From Eledone cirrhosa (Eukaryota): a DNA stretch of 64,000 bases. The stretch spans positions 67,704,001 to 67,768,000 of the forward strand of contig OZ024743.1 of assembly GCA_964016885.1 (NCBI GenBank). The letters are read 5' to 3'. Below, one piece after another: positions 25,718 through 41,232 of the stretch. Each line of letters begins with the position of its first letter. Within the stretch, counting starts at the first letter, position 1. Made by a program: the position numbers and the translations under genes. Under the pieces are notes generated by a model. It worked only from the letters and a program-made list of their open reading frames with translations. It was not told the origin of the DNA and did no database searches.

Positions 25718-27641
25718 TATATATATAATAAGGTTCGATTTTTCCATTGGTCGTAACTGGAGGTTTTCAATATTCTGGTAGTCACACAATGAACGGCCGT
25801 TTAATAAACAACTAGCAAAATACTCTTGAATATATTTAGTGACGAATTTCTGCAGCAATATGATTGGTCGACGAAAACATTGTGACAGGTAAGATGGCTG
25901 TAAAAGGTAATTGCCTGCGATACCATAAAAACGCCTGCATGAATTTAGGAAATTAAAGAAAACATGGCAAATATAGATGAAAGGTAAATATATATGTCTC
26001 CAGGGCAATATATAAATGTCAATATTTATTCCTTCGCGTATTTGTAAATAAGAAAAATAAACGTTTGAACAAATATTGGTATGAATTCATTGATGCAAAT
26101 ATGGTGAAAAACGTGAAAAAAAACGAAATACAAAAATGTTACAATGAATTAGAATATTAAGGTATAAGTCTGAAAAAAACAATAACAATGAAGTATATAT
26201 ATATCAACAAAGGTGATCATCATAATAATGATGATAACAATATTTCTTATACTAGGCCACTAGTAGTGGTATGAAAGGAGGCGGAATTAAACCAGTTAGA
26301 TCAATAATATCTCATAATATAACAATAATATTTATAATAATGATAGTAATAATATATGTGATTTCAACGTCAATTGCCTGAACGTGAAGGTAAATACAAC
26401 CAGATTAAACAAAAATCAAACCACAAACCCAAGCAAATGTAAACCAAGGAGATACAATCGACCCGTAAGGAACCATAGCCCCCGTAGGATAGAGAAAGTT
26501 AAACTTATACACATGTTCTATAAATCGTACGGCCTCTCTGTAACTACAGACCTCAATCACCATATAGTCAACTTCTTAGATGTTACCTTATAATTATGTA
26601 CCGGTTTATACAGACCATACCATAAGCCCGGTGAGGTTCTATCTTATATCAATTATGCTTTTAACCACCCTAAATGTACGCTCAACTCCATAGTCTATAG
26701 CATCTCCCATAGAATCTCTAGGCTTTCTGCTAACGAGGACCTCTTCAACCAAACAGCGGATTAGTACAATAGGGCATTAGCTGACTCAGGTTATAACCGT
26801 AAAATTTCCTACCTCCAAAATGTATGCTCTATAATCCCTCCCCCTTGTAGGACTAATGTTATAGCGAGCCATACCTATAACCAACAACACCGCGGCCAAA
26901 CTAATGTACACAATTGTAGAAGGGATAATATTACCAATAGTTACGGCCCACATAAGAACTACAAAGGTAGCAGAGCAGGTGTATTACCGCACCTAAACCG
27001 TAATAGTCCGGCTGATAGTAGCAACTACAGCCTACTTGAATTATCCCCTACTTACAGGCTTAATAAATGTATGGCCTATTACCTACAACTTCTAACCCGC
27101 CTAAGGCTATTGGAACCACCACATCGGGACAGTCCGTGAACTCGGACATAATACCAACAAAAGACACATTATGCAGTAACCCATTAGCCATAATGCCCTT
27201 AGTAACCCCAGAGCTACGCGTAACCGCCACCTGTGGTTCCTTGCTCCTTACTCTCGGAGCGTGGCCTCCAATTTACCAGGAATCTTCTTCGAAGCCTTAG
27301 AGAAAAAACTTCCCACCTAACCACAGATACAGAAAAATCCTCAATAAGAATGACGTAAAAATCTCCTATTTCACTACACCCAATCTAGCTGACCTCATAG
27401 CAATAATTAACTACAACAATCTTACTAGAATACAGCATGCTAGAGATGGCAATTTTAGAGAACATGACAACTCAGGTTACAAAATAGTACCGCATTAGAA
27501 ATTAATTGCCGCGCCAGTAGTGTGACTGCTGATGGAGTTAGTGACCTTAACAGCTCGAACAACCGCTGTAGAAGACGCGGTAGCATACGTGTCCACAGCT
27601 ACGGTAATGCCAACTACAATAATAGTAGCCGTGTTGTTGAT

Positions 27642-27680
<39 letters not shown>

Positions 27681-27696
27681 AATAATAATAATAACT

Positions 27697-27935
27697 GCCA
27701 TGAAGTCAAAGTGATCCCGATTGTCATAGGCGCACTATGGACTATCTCAAAAAGTTTCCAGGGATGGTTAAAGAAAATTGGCCCCTTCACGCTCTTTGGA
27801 ACGCTTTAAAAGGCATGCTTGCTGGGAACAGCAAGAACCCTCCGATACGTCCTGAATATCTGAGGCTGCAGGTAGTGGCTTGATATTCATTTCAACAAAC
27901 TTTCCAGTTAACTAACATCAATGACTGAGACTAAA
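27697..27935 (+). mobile_element. R4/Dong-like (RLE) retrotransposon 3' fragment in (AAC/AAT)n
   Basis: VKVIPIVIGALWTISK..L*KACLLGTARTLRYVL is the typical R4/Dong C-terminus; flanked by (AAC)n(AAT)n and (AAT)n. Confidence 0.75.
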
Positions 27936-27950
27936 AAAAAAAAATAAAAA

Positions 27951-27989
<39 letters not shown>

Positions 27990-28058
27990 TGTTTCTACTT
28001 TAGGCACAAGGCCAGCAATTATCCAGTGCATTACTGGTACTTTATTTTATCGACCCCG
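27990..28058 (-). mobile_element. Family A SINE 3' fragment
   Basis: tgtttctactttaggcacaaggccagcaatt..cagtgcattactggtactttattttatcgacccc. Confidence 0.8.
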
Positions 28059-29168
28059 TAATAATAATAATGATAATAATAATAATATTACGTTGGATAC
28101 TAACACCCAACTCCTCAGAGGCGACCGTAGTAAACACTGCAATTGTCGTGACCCTAGAAACTGTCCACTCCGAGGCTACTGCCTAACTAAAAATATTATC
28201 TATAGATGTACTGTTACTAGTTATAATAGCGTTAAGTATTACATAGGGGCCACTTCTGGGTCGTTCAAGACCAGATTTCGAGCACACCTCCACTCTTTTA
28301 GGAATAAGAAGCTTAGATACTCTACGTCCCTCGCTAATTATATCACCCAATTAAACGACTCTAGCATTACCTTCACCACTTATTGGGGAACAAGGCAACA
28401 CCCTACAACTTTAAGAAAAGCTGCCAGCTCTGTCTTATGGAACTGTCCTATATAGTGCAAGCACCCTGGACCTCATTAATAGTCGAGCCGAAACTGTCAT
28501 CAATTGCGGCCATAGACTACATCAGTCCTTCTATAGATGGACCCCGGCTAATACTCAAAAACCATAACACCTGGGTCCTCTAACACTGCGCTTAGGCTCG
28601 ATATAAAACGGTAGACTTAAAATAAAACATCTTTGAACAATACCATCATCCAATCCCCATCATCCCTCAGGCAACTGCACTACATATTTTTCATACGAGA
28701 TTACCCCTTTGTATTCTTCCACACTGATAGACTAAACTTTGGGTAATATTACAGAAGTGCTGATTATACCCTTTAAATACTATAGACATATATGATAATA
28801 TAATTATACTGAATTCATCTTATATGTCTTTAAATTTCTAACTCGTAAGCCTACATTGAAATTGCAGCTTTACACTAAATAAACGAGGGTATAGTCTTCA
28901 ATTACCTTACTCATAATTGATACTAATACTCATACCTTAACAGTGCCTTATTAAATTGACTTAACAAACCATAATTAAATTAACACCTTATAACAAGAAA
29001 TATAATTTTTTAATAGCTGTCATTAATCTAACAGATAACTTTAACATGCACCGAATTACCTCCCTTAGTACACAAAGATTTCGACTCCATTTTGTAACAC
29101 GTAGTAATGCATTTCGATGTTAACATTTTGCTTTTACCCTTGCAGGGTTCATTATTAATTTATTTGCC

Positions 29169-29350
29169 GGTGGATTGGCAGTATCGGTAGAGGGTCAGAC
29201 GACATGCTTTGACACATAGAGTTACGGCCCTTGCCATTCTGAGTTCAAATCCCGCCGAGGTTAACTTTGCCTTTCATCCGTACGGGGTCGATAAAATAAA
29301 GTACCAGTAATGCACTGGGTGATTGTGGCCTTGTGCCAAAAGTAGAAACA
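29169..29350 (+). mobile_element. Full-length family A SINE with 18-bp target-site duplication
   Basis: attattaatttatttgcc at 29151-29168 and 29351-29368; intact A and B boxes. Confidence 0.92.
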
Positions 29351-29583
29351 ATTATTAATTTATTTGCCTATTTAAGTGCCTCAGACGAGCCCCAAAGTGA
29401 TTTTTAAAATGTGTTTTAACGGCTTGCTTCTCTTTCATCAATCTTTTCGATTATAATTGCTCTGCTTAACTTCATACACTAAATATTAACGCCTTTAATA
29501 TTTAACCCTGTTTACATAAGGATCGAGCACATATGCACCCGCTTTTGGCAGATAATCCTCTGTATCATTTCTCTTTTACCTCA

Positions 29584-29671
<88 letters not shown>

Positions 29672-30231
29672 GACACATACATACATAAGTATCACAAAAA
29701 TCAAATAGGCTCATAAAGAGCCCATGTCTTTCGATCATGAAACGTTATCTCGATGTTATTGAGATCTGCCTTAACCATTACTAATTATTATGAGAATGTA
29801 AATATAATTTACAAAGATCTGGTAAATATATTAGAATTCAGTTCCCAAATATGAAACCTTTATGATAAGAAAAGAAACGTTCATGGTTCAGGCATAATGT
29901 TGTGATTTGTCACGGTTAACCTGTTGAACCAATGTTTTGTGCCCATGACATGCTATCCCCAAATATATAACAGTAGTTTTTACTATTTTTCCGCAGGTAA
30001 ACACTTATCTGGATGATACATGACGAAAACTGTACCGGCCATAACTATCTCATCGTTTTTCTTTAGCGATTATAATTGTAAAATGCATGCAAATAGTTTA
30101 AGAAGGTAGAGAAATGTTGATGTTAGAGAGATTTGACAGGTGTTTCTAGCAGGTCGAACTAAGACTTACATCCTTCCTGTTTTGTTAACATTTTGGTTTG
30201 TGCTATATACTCTGACATTAATAATCATGAA

Positions 30232-30830
30232 ATTATTGTGTGCAGTGCTCAGGTGCACTACAACTCATCAAAGGTGCATGTATAGTACTTAGAATAATAT
30301 ACAAATGACAGGGAAGTGAGTCATGATATACATGTGTGCGTGTGTATGGATGCGGAATATTTGGTGTAGTGTTGGCGAATCTCAGGAAGCATGGAGGTTT
30401 TAAAGGATGCAATGTCTCGACAGCTAATAACTGATGCAGGTAGTTTGTTCCATGCTTCATCAACTCTGAGTGTGAAAAATGTTTCCGAAAGTCATGGGAG
30501 TTGTGCTGTTTTCTGACTTTGTAGACATGCCCACGTGTGTTAAAAACATGGAAATCAAAAAGGTACTCAGGTTTGTTGTTGGCAAGATGGTTAACAATTT
30601 TGTGGGTGTTTACCAAGTCAGTTGCCTGACGTCGGAGCTTCACTGTATCCATGCCCAGGGAAGCAAGGCGTTCAGAGTATGGTAGATGCCTGATGGATGG
30701 TATTCGCTTGGTTGCACCTCTCTGAACAGTTTCCAGGTGGTCAATGTTCTAAGCCACATATGGGTTCCAGACTGCTGATGCAAATTCTAAGTGTGGCCGC
30801 ACCATAGTTATATACAGCTTTAAATAGATT
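30232..30830 (-). mobile_element. CR1/L2-like LINE 3' fragment (RT C-terminus plus 3' UTR)
   Basis: Minus strand reads VRPHLEFASAVWNPY..LETVQRGATKRIP..LPYSERLASLGMDTVKLRR..TRGH. Confidence 0.85.
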
Positions 30831-31225
30831 GTTATTGTATTAGACGAAGTCTGTATTCATATGAATCAAGAAGAACAAACCCAAAGTAGAACATATTATA
30901 TTGACAAAATGTTTTCCTCGTGATTATTTATTCGTTCAAGATATAAACTCTTTGCAGAACTATTACCTTCTTTTATTATATGCATTTATTTAAGAAATTT
31001 TAAAGGGAAGCTGTTGTAATAGCCATTTAGTATTGAGAGAAATATGATAAAGATTTGTCCGAAAATACATATATTGTATTTGTAATGCAAAATAATTTTT
31101 GCGGTAAAGAATGAAACTCCGATAACAATTGATTAGTTACACATACGCTCATAGAGGCAACTTCACACAAACAGACTCAAGCACACACACAAACACACAC
31201 AAACGCATACACACGCCTATATATA

Positions 31226-33432
<2,207 letters not shown>

Positions 33433-33453
33433 TATATATATATATATATATAT

Positions 33454-33600
33454 GTAAGAGTCAGGACCTCGACGGCTGAGCTCCGGCCGTTTCGATAGCT
33501 ATATCCGAACTAAATCAGTAGTGTTTGGACGGCAGGGATCTAGCCGAACTTACCAAGAGTTCATTCCATATATGAGCATGTAATCAAAACATAGCAGTAG
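33454..33600 (-). mobile_element. Family H2 copy containing the whole degenerate hammerhead (33465-33540)
   Basis: gatccc-TGCCGT...GAAA-cggcc ggagctc agccg-TC^gaggtc; the 5' core is decayed. Confidence 0.5.
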
Positions 33601-33615
33601 TATCATATATATATA

Positions 33616-34241
33616 GTTATACTTAGGGAGGGTCATATTGTAATAATATTGCCAGAATTAATAACAGAACACACTCACTGTTTGGTTGGTTTTCGCTTCT
33701 GTATCTTTCATATCAGTTACTTCATTCGGTCCTCAATGTTTACCATTGACTGACCAACGGTCAAAAATACAGATATAATATAGATATAAACACATATATA
33801 TAGTCTAACAAATTTCTTTCGTTGCACACCTGCAACATCGTCTGTGGTGCTATTATTATATTCCTCCTGTTGTATTGTATATTTACGCCATCTTTATTTA
33901 ATTTGTTTATTTACTTATTTATTTATTTTTGTCTTCTTCTCTGCGCATGCGTATATAGAGTTTGGTGTGTGTTCGCGTTTGGGTGACTGTGTTTTGGTTA
34001 TGGTATTCTATCTTAGTTTACTAGTGTGGGTTTATATGTGTTTGTTGTTATTGTGCTTGTGTATATATTTATTTATTTATCTATTTATTTATATTTCTCT
34101 TAAGTCAGTATTGTTTGTTTGGGTGTTGTTGTTATTCCATTCATTTTTGCTGTTTAGCTTTGGCCTTCTAAGTTCTATTTCACTTGCCTCACTGATTTGC
34201 CTAACTGCCGGGTCATTTCTATGTTTAGATATTATTTTAAT
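33616..34241 (-). mobile_element. Neptune-like PLE 3' end; HHR core at 33801-33850
   Basis: Reverse complement of 12365-12815 and 13755-14256. Confidence 0.88.
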
Positions 34242-34260
34242 ATATACGTATATATATACG

Positions 34261-37140
34261 TAACGAAACAGCACTTGACAGGGGCCATTGTCAACAACGG
34301 ATGGCGGTACTCTCTCAAGAGGGCAGTTAGATTAGACTCGTTAGTTTTTAGTAAAAAAATAGCGTTAGATAGAAATAGGATCGAGAAGGAACTGGTAGAT
34401 AAAGTAGAAGAGGCAATTAGAAGAGTCAACGTAGCCAGCGTGCTAGCAACGAGAACGGCTTTGGACCAGTTCTTCGACGTAAAGCACGATGGCTGCGTTG
34501 TCAGAAGCAAAATACGTGCTCTGGGTAACGAGGGAGCAAAAGCTGTTGGCTGGGCCCGGGTGACAGAAGCGAAAAGTGGCAACAAGTCCACGATTCGGTC
34601 TTTGAAGGACCAGAGGACGGACGTCGCATACGTGAGCCGAAGCAGATTGCGCGGCCTTTCAGCGGCACTTTGCTCAGCTGTTCGGGCAGGGCGGCGGGCT
34701 GGGAGAGGCTATGGTTTCGGTCCATACCTCGACGGCCTGCCGTGACTCTCTGACAGCGAGGCGAAGTTCTGCGAAAGGCCGATTTCAGCCGCTGAGATAG
34801 AGGACGCGCTGAGCCAATGCGGCAAACGCAAATCTCCAGGTCCGACGGTCTAACCTACGAATTTTACGTAGCAATGCCGGCATTGTTCACTGTTCTCCTG
34901 GAAGCGGTCTACTGCAACTGGCAGCAGAACGGGAGAATTCCCAGTTCTGTGACCAGGGGCGCAGTCACGCTAGTCAGGAAGGACGAGAATAAGGGGGATG
35001 ACATAGGCAACTTCCGGCCCATAACTCCGCTAAACACAGAGTTACAGATTTTGGCCAAGGTGTTGGCAAAGAGGCTGGCGCTTGTCGTCAAAAACCTGGT
35101 GGGAGATGCGCAGACGTACGCAATCCCGACCAGGTCCATACACGACAACCTCCACCACATGCGATACATCCTAGAGAGGGTTGAGTGTAAACCCGGCTTC
35201 GGTGGGGCCCTGATCAACTTGGATCGGTCTAAGCCTTTCGATAGGGTTGACCATCGTTACCTGGATGCGGTAATCGAGGCGGCAGGCTTCGGACCCTTAT
35301 ATTCAGGGGCTGGATTGCTGCAATGCAGAGCAGCAACATCTGCTCATGGGTCAAGGCGAACGGCTACCTTTCGGAGCCGTTCCATATCACGCAATCCATT
35401 CGACAGAGATGCCATCTCTCCTCCCTTCTGTACATACTGACTATCGTGCTACTACTGCGGAAGTTGGAGCTATTGCAGGACATCCCTCAGGAACCGGGAC
35501 TCCGGAAAGCGGCGTTACGACATTACGGTAATGTTGTCGAGCACCTCGCAAATCGAGGAAGTCGGCAGCTTACTGAGGAAATACGAAAGGTTCACAGGAT
35601 CGAAGCTGAACCGGGACAAGTCCATCGGTTTGCAACTCGGATCGTGGAGAGGCAAACTAATGCTCCGATTTCGTCGTCGGATGCTGGACAGAAGGACCGG
35701 TAAAGCTGCTCGGGGTCTGGTTTGGTCCGGACCTCCAGGTGGAGAAGAACTGGACCGCGGTTACGGCCAAGGTGTTTGCACTCACCCAGAAGTGGGCAAA
35801 CTATCCTTGAAAGGTCAAGCGGAGGTGGCGAACACTTTTATAGCGTCCGTCATCTAATATCGCTTGACTGTCGTGCCTTGTCCAGCCAAAACGCTTACCA
35901 AAATGGAGCGCCCGCTCTTCCAATTGTTTTGGAAGAAGCGGGCTCCTTTGGTGAGAAGATCCAACTGCTGCCAACACCCTTCCAACGAAGGGCTAGGGAT
36001 GCCGTGGCTGACGATGCGCCAACACGCGCTCAGGCTGTGGCATCTCTACGTATTCCTCACCAGACAACAGGTGTGGGCCCCGTTCATGAGGCGAGCCTTC
36101 CCACGACTCGTCTCGTTGACTGAGCTGCAGTCCTGGGTCAAGAAAAGATCGAGGAAAATGGGCGACTGGCACATCGAATGTGCTCAGGCTCTCACAGCCC
36201 TTTGGCGGGGGGACCCGGCGATCAGTGGAGACTCCACTTCGTCATTCTATAGAGGGTTGATCCGCAGCAAGTGCCACGACGCGCTCGTAGAAACTCTAGG
36301 CGTAGAGGAAGATGAACTGGCCAGTCTTCTCGGTAGGACCTTCGGCCCGGGACCGATGGACAACTTCCAAAAGTCCCTGGCCTGGCAGTGCTACCGAGGA
36401 GCTCTACCAGTTCGAGACAAGCTCTACAGACATGGGCGCCCTGGTAGGGACTTTTCGAAAAAGGTCGGTCCGAGATGCGTGCGAAACGAAGAAACCGTCG
36501 CGCACTCATGCATACACTGCTCGGGCGTTACCGACCGGTGGGGCTATGTAGAACGACTATTGTCGCGGGTCAGACCAATCCAGTTGACCACCGAGTCCAT
36601 TGTCATGATCAAACCGCCACCCTCCTTCAAAAACGAAGGAGAGGCGGTTTTCCTTTGTATGATAGCTATGGCGAAAGAGGTTGTATGGTGGACGAGGTTA
36701 AAAGGGCTGAGGTCAGACACCATTCTCTCCGGCCAACAACTGTTTCTTTTTTTCAAATACCACTTTGGAAGAAGAATCAGGATGGAGAGAGAGGTGTTGT
36801 TCCCCAGCAAGTTTTATGAAAGGTGGGTGAATGTGGCGAGAATGGCCCAAGTGAATGGGCCTTCTCTCTATATCAGCCTGTAGGTTGAGGAAAAAGAGGA
36901 AGAGAGGAAAGGGTACAAACTTTTCGTACTCCTGGAGATGTGGGTTGCACATTTTTTCGGTGGTATGTGTTACCCATATGAAATGTCTCCCCCTATTGGG
37001 GAAAATCGATTAATTTTAAAATTGCATTTGTGATAATATTTTACACGTTTTTATTGTATGTAAACTTCCCCCTTTGTATTTGTCCCTTCTTTTGTGCCCC
37101 TGTGGCTAATCAAGAAACATATCTATCTATCTATTTATCT
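34261..37140 (+). mobile_element. L1/Tx1-clade LINE copy 4, 5'-truncated, several frameshifts, (ATCT)n tail
   Basis: SPG.DGLTYEFY, NFRPITPLNTELQILAKVLAKRL, LDRSKPFDRVDH, ORF 35864-36883, and the same 3' UTR as copies 1-3. Confidence 0.92.
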
Positions 37141-38060
37141 CGACGAAATAGAAATAGATCTAGAAACGTCACATGGTTTAATGCACCATACTCGAAGTAT
37201 GTACGCACTAACGTGCCAGGTCTCTTCATCAGGACATTGGACGAATCTTTCCCGGCTTCACACAGGTACCACAAAGTTTTCAGTTGACACACCGTGAAGT
37301 TCTCATTTTCCACGGCACCCAACATGGCGGACTACATGGCCAGCACCAACGCGTTGAAATTGAGGACACCTCATGTGAACAACGGTCAGGCACCTGACCC
37401 ACCGGGGGAGTTGCGGGGAGAGCACGCGGAAGTGGCTGATGCATCTGGGGACGTGCCTGGGGGCAGACCCGCGGCTGCGGAGAGCCCCAGACCTGCCAGC
37501 AAGACCAGGTAGTGGTGAACATTGAGTCCACCACTCCGCCGGAGCACCACTCAAGGACAGGTGAGAACACAAATAAGACGCCAGTACCACGTAACGGGAG
37601 TTGCAAAAATGATGCACGGACATGTAACTGCATTGTCCGTGAGTACTGCCCCTTGCAGGGAATGTGCCTGACAAAGGGCGGTGTATACACATGTGTGGTT
37701 ACCACACACAACGATAGCCACACATACAACGGAGCTACATCTACGACTTTTAAGTCGAGCATGTACAACCGCAAGAGCTCGTTCAAGGACAGGAACAACA
37801 GACATTCCACCAGATTGCCGGACTTAGTGTGGAGACTCAAAGACAATGGCATTGAATATGACCTCATCCGGGGTATTGTTCAGTATGCGAATGCGTACTC
37901 GGCCGGAGAGACGAAGTGCAAGTTATGCCTGTCCGAAGCTATGGAGATAATAAAACTTAAGGGCGACGCAGTCAACCTCCATTCCGAAATAATCATGGCA
38001 TGGCGACATCAACGTAAATGCAGACTCTCCGCCCTAGTTATACCGGATCAATCTGCATAA
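37141..38060 (+). mobile_element. Naiad-like PLE fragment (thumb/linker plus GIY-YIG); non-coding 3' part may run to ~39990
   Basis: RNVTWFNAPYS..FPASHRYHKVF; CNCIVREYCPLQGMCL..VYTC..YNGATSTTFK..HSTRL..CKLCLSE. Confidence 0.85.
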
Positions 38061-40011
38061 CGCACCACCGGCATCGCAACACCAGGTGGAGCGCATGCAG
38101 CGGACCACAATTGGACACTGCATATCTATGAATGCATGACAGCACGAGCTGATAGCAGTGACAGTTCAAACATTGCCCACCTCGTACAACACCATAATAG
38201 CACCACCACACCTACTTGCGGACGCCGTCTCATTACAAGTAGGATTGGATCTACAGATATATGTGTGGTTTGAAATTTTCAAATTTTTAAATTTTCAAAC
38301 TTTTAAAATTTTAAATTGTTGATTTCCGATATTCCATTCGCGGTGCTTAATCCGCTACTTGCATAATGGACATTATGATGGTCTTAAGGCTAATATCGCA
38401 GCTAATTGTAATGTTGATATTAATTTTAATTTTAATTGTGAATTTGATTTTAATTTTTAATTTTGTCGTTCAATGCTGCCGATATGCACACACACACAAC
38501 ACATGCCGCTGGAACATTACATCATAAATACACTCCACGTGCATTCCATAAATATTGTTATGAAGCACATACCCTTTATATTCCATGTATACACCAAACC
38601 CATGCACATATATACACTTTTAGGAAATGGATGTTACACATAACCACAATATATGTGCACACACACACGGCCCAATCCTATCCACAAGCAACGAGACCTG
38701 CCTCATGCGCAGGCTCCTATCCAGTGCCTTAGCCCAACAGCCCCCATGTATATCATATAAACATTTGCACCACAGCCCACAACTACTGTATGAAACTTTA
38801 AGCACACCTCAATAATGCCCGGTCCCCCCTCTGCATCCTTGTCATGTATGCACTCTCTTTTTCCAGCATTTTATTTTATTGTATTTTATCTTTTATTTTA
38901 TTATTGTATACTATTTCATTATTTTATGTTCTGTGCATACAGGGATTTTTTAATATATGTACCACCCACGCTATATGCGATTAGTGCAGGGATATTGTGC
39001 TGCCGTAACATGTAGGCATCTTGTGCAGACACCCTCGGACTCACACAACCACGTGATCAGGTTGGGTCAAGGCCTCAAATGCGTTGTCTCATACAATACT
39101 GTGTGCACCATCTGCGCAGCGGTGCGTGGGGAGGGGATGGGGGAGGGCTCATCAAGTATATGCATCCGGTGTTGAGCTCGCGGTATGTATGCGTGGCCAC
39201 ACAGACACGCATGAGCACGGGTGTGTGCATGCATGGGTCGATGTATTTGTCTGAGCATCTATGCGTGGGGGTACGAATGACTTACCATGGAGTTTTCTTT
39301 TCCCATCTGCCTATATAAGAGTGCTGTGTCTTGGCTACGCACGCTACCCTGAGTCCAGTGTGTGAGTGGAATTGGGTCTATTTGTTGAAAACACCTTTGA
39401 ATTAGGCCTCCGTTTGAATGGCTGTTGAAAGCTTTTTTTTAAAAAAAAACGTTCTTGCTACAGGTTCTTTCTTTTCCTTTTTCCTTTTCTTTTTGAAATA
39501 TGTACGGCGAAGTGTATCCTAAGGCTGTGTCCTACAAATGTTACGCTAAATATCCCCATGATTGTTTTATTTTTAAATTCACGCAAAACATTATTTATGA
39601 TGAATGTCGCATACAGCATAATTTCAGGTGCGTACCTGACCGATGTAGACTAAGGCGCCTAGGGGCAATGAAGACGTCGAAGTGACGCCAGCCGTTCAAG
39701 ATTACAGCCCCTTTCCCACCAAAGTAGTAATTCTGATACATGAAGAAATTTTGATTGACAGGTGGAGAACGAGAGGAAGCAAGAAGTGGGCAACTATGAG
39801 TGGCTAGAAATACCGGTGACGTGTACAATTCTTGACCACTCACAGAATGACAATCATTTGTAAATATGTCCAATAAAGTCCTTTCGGCGCAACACTGATT
39901 CTCTTTTTCTGTGATATCGTACTCTGCTCTACGAGAGCATTGAGTGCTCATACGGCCTACCGCATACGGACGGTTTAAGCATCCGATACCAATTATATAT
40001 ATATATATATA

Positions 40012-40145
40012 CGTAGGTCCCGGGTTGAGTCGGGGATAACCACAGTAAATAAGGTACTCAATACATGGCAGAGTACATTTTTTTTATTTTATAGAAGGAG
40101 CTTCTACAGGACTAGTACTGTTTCATTCAGATGAAATCTTCAGGA
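40012..40145 (-). mobile_element. Family H5 3' end with hammerhead motif 40102-40145
   Basis: tc-CTGAAGA-t ttc atct gaa t-GAAA-cagtactagtcctg-TA^gaa; homologous to 61808-61947. Confidence 0.7.
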
Positions 40146-40147
40146 TT

Positions 40148-40250
40148 ATAAATATAGACATGCCCTTAAAAAATGCAACCATTACTGTTGGAAGCTCCCG
40201 GGGGCTCCAACAGTAATTGTTGCATTGTTTAAGGGCATGTCTATATTTAT
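40148..40250. mobile_element. Fold-back, 50-bp arms
   Basis: ataaatatagacatgccctta..tgcaaccattactgttgga / tccaacagtaattgttgca..taagggcatgtctatatttat. Confidence 0.8.
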
Positions 40251-40590
40251 TTATAAAACTGCTCTATATTATATTTTATTTGATGAAAGCACACCATAAT
40301 TTAACATGGTGTCCTTGAAATATGTATAATGAAATAAATATGGTTTTATAAACATAGTTTTCATTTGTTAATATCGTATATATATAGGAAATGTGGTAAG
40401 GAACCAGATGGACCATAACTCACCAGAGTACTCAATACTTAGGGTAGTAGAGTGGGAAATAGTAGAGTGGGAAATGTAAGTATGTTTCCATTTGTTAATA
40501 TCGTATTCTTCCTCCAATTATTTGTTGAGTGCTTTATATCAGTTATAAAAATAATTGCTTGTTGTATCCCAACAATTTAAATAGAACTTT

Positions 40591-40650
<60 letters not shown>

Positions 40651-40653
<3 letters not shown>

Positions 40654-41023
40654 TTGGTATTTCTAAAGAAAATCGGTATGCTTACAGGAAACATTTAGGA
40701 AGCCGTAGCTTATGCAGCTTCATATGCAAATGAGATTAATCACCTCACTTTCATAGACGAGAAAACTATATATTCTCGAATGTTCTCAAGTCCAGCAGTT
40801 GCAAGCGGTGGGAGGGACCGTCCCAATGAAGGCCAGTCAACCCTGAAATGAACAGATGGTTGTCCCCTCTTGCTTCTGCCGGACACCAAAAGAAGGTGTT
40901 AGGCCCGGTGTTTGCATAGCTACGGCTTCCTAAATGTTTCCTTTAAACATACCGTGTTTCTTTAGAAATACGAAATTTCTATACATATTTGTATAATGCT
41001 ATGCTTGAAGCGAAATCCTATTT
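40651..41023 (+). mobile_element. Family H3 fold-back insertion: inverted arm 40651-40716, forward copy with decayed HHR (40817-40860) and tail
   Basis: 40651-40716 is the reverse complement of 40912-40978; 40790-41023 matches 24128-24345. Confidence 0.8.
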
Positions 41024-41194
41024 ATATATATGTGTGTGTGTGTGTGTTTATGTGTGTGTTTATGTGTGGGTGCGTGTATGTGTGTTTGTAAGTACATGAT
41101 TGTATATATAAAGATTAAACAAAGGAAAACCACAGTTAAACAATACAATAAAATGACGATATACATTACGTTTACGCAGGGTTGAGAAGTATAA

Positions 41195-41232
41195 TTCCTA
41201 ACGTATGGGACGTTAGTCCTTCGTCAGAAAAT
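41195..41232 (-). ncRNA. Degenerate family H1 hammerhead motif
   Basis: tttt-CTGACGA-a-ggac taac gtcc-CATA-cg-TT^agga; GAAA is lost. Confidence 0.45.

Larger units (their letters stand above)
26478..28560 (+). mobile_element. Naiad-like Penelope element, 5'-truncated pseudogene (RT thumb to GIY-YIG); 3' UTR probably extends to ~29580
   Basis: VNFLDVTL..YRPYHKP..NHP..RISRLS; WFLAPYS..NFPPNHRYRKILNKN..KISY; CNCRDPRNCPLRGYCL..IIYRC..YYIGATSGSFKTRF..H..SFR. Contains stops and frameshifts. Confidence 0.85.
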
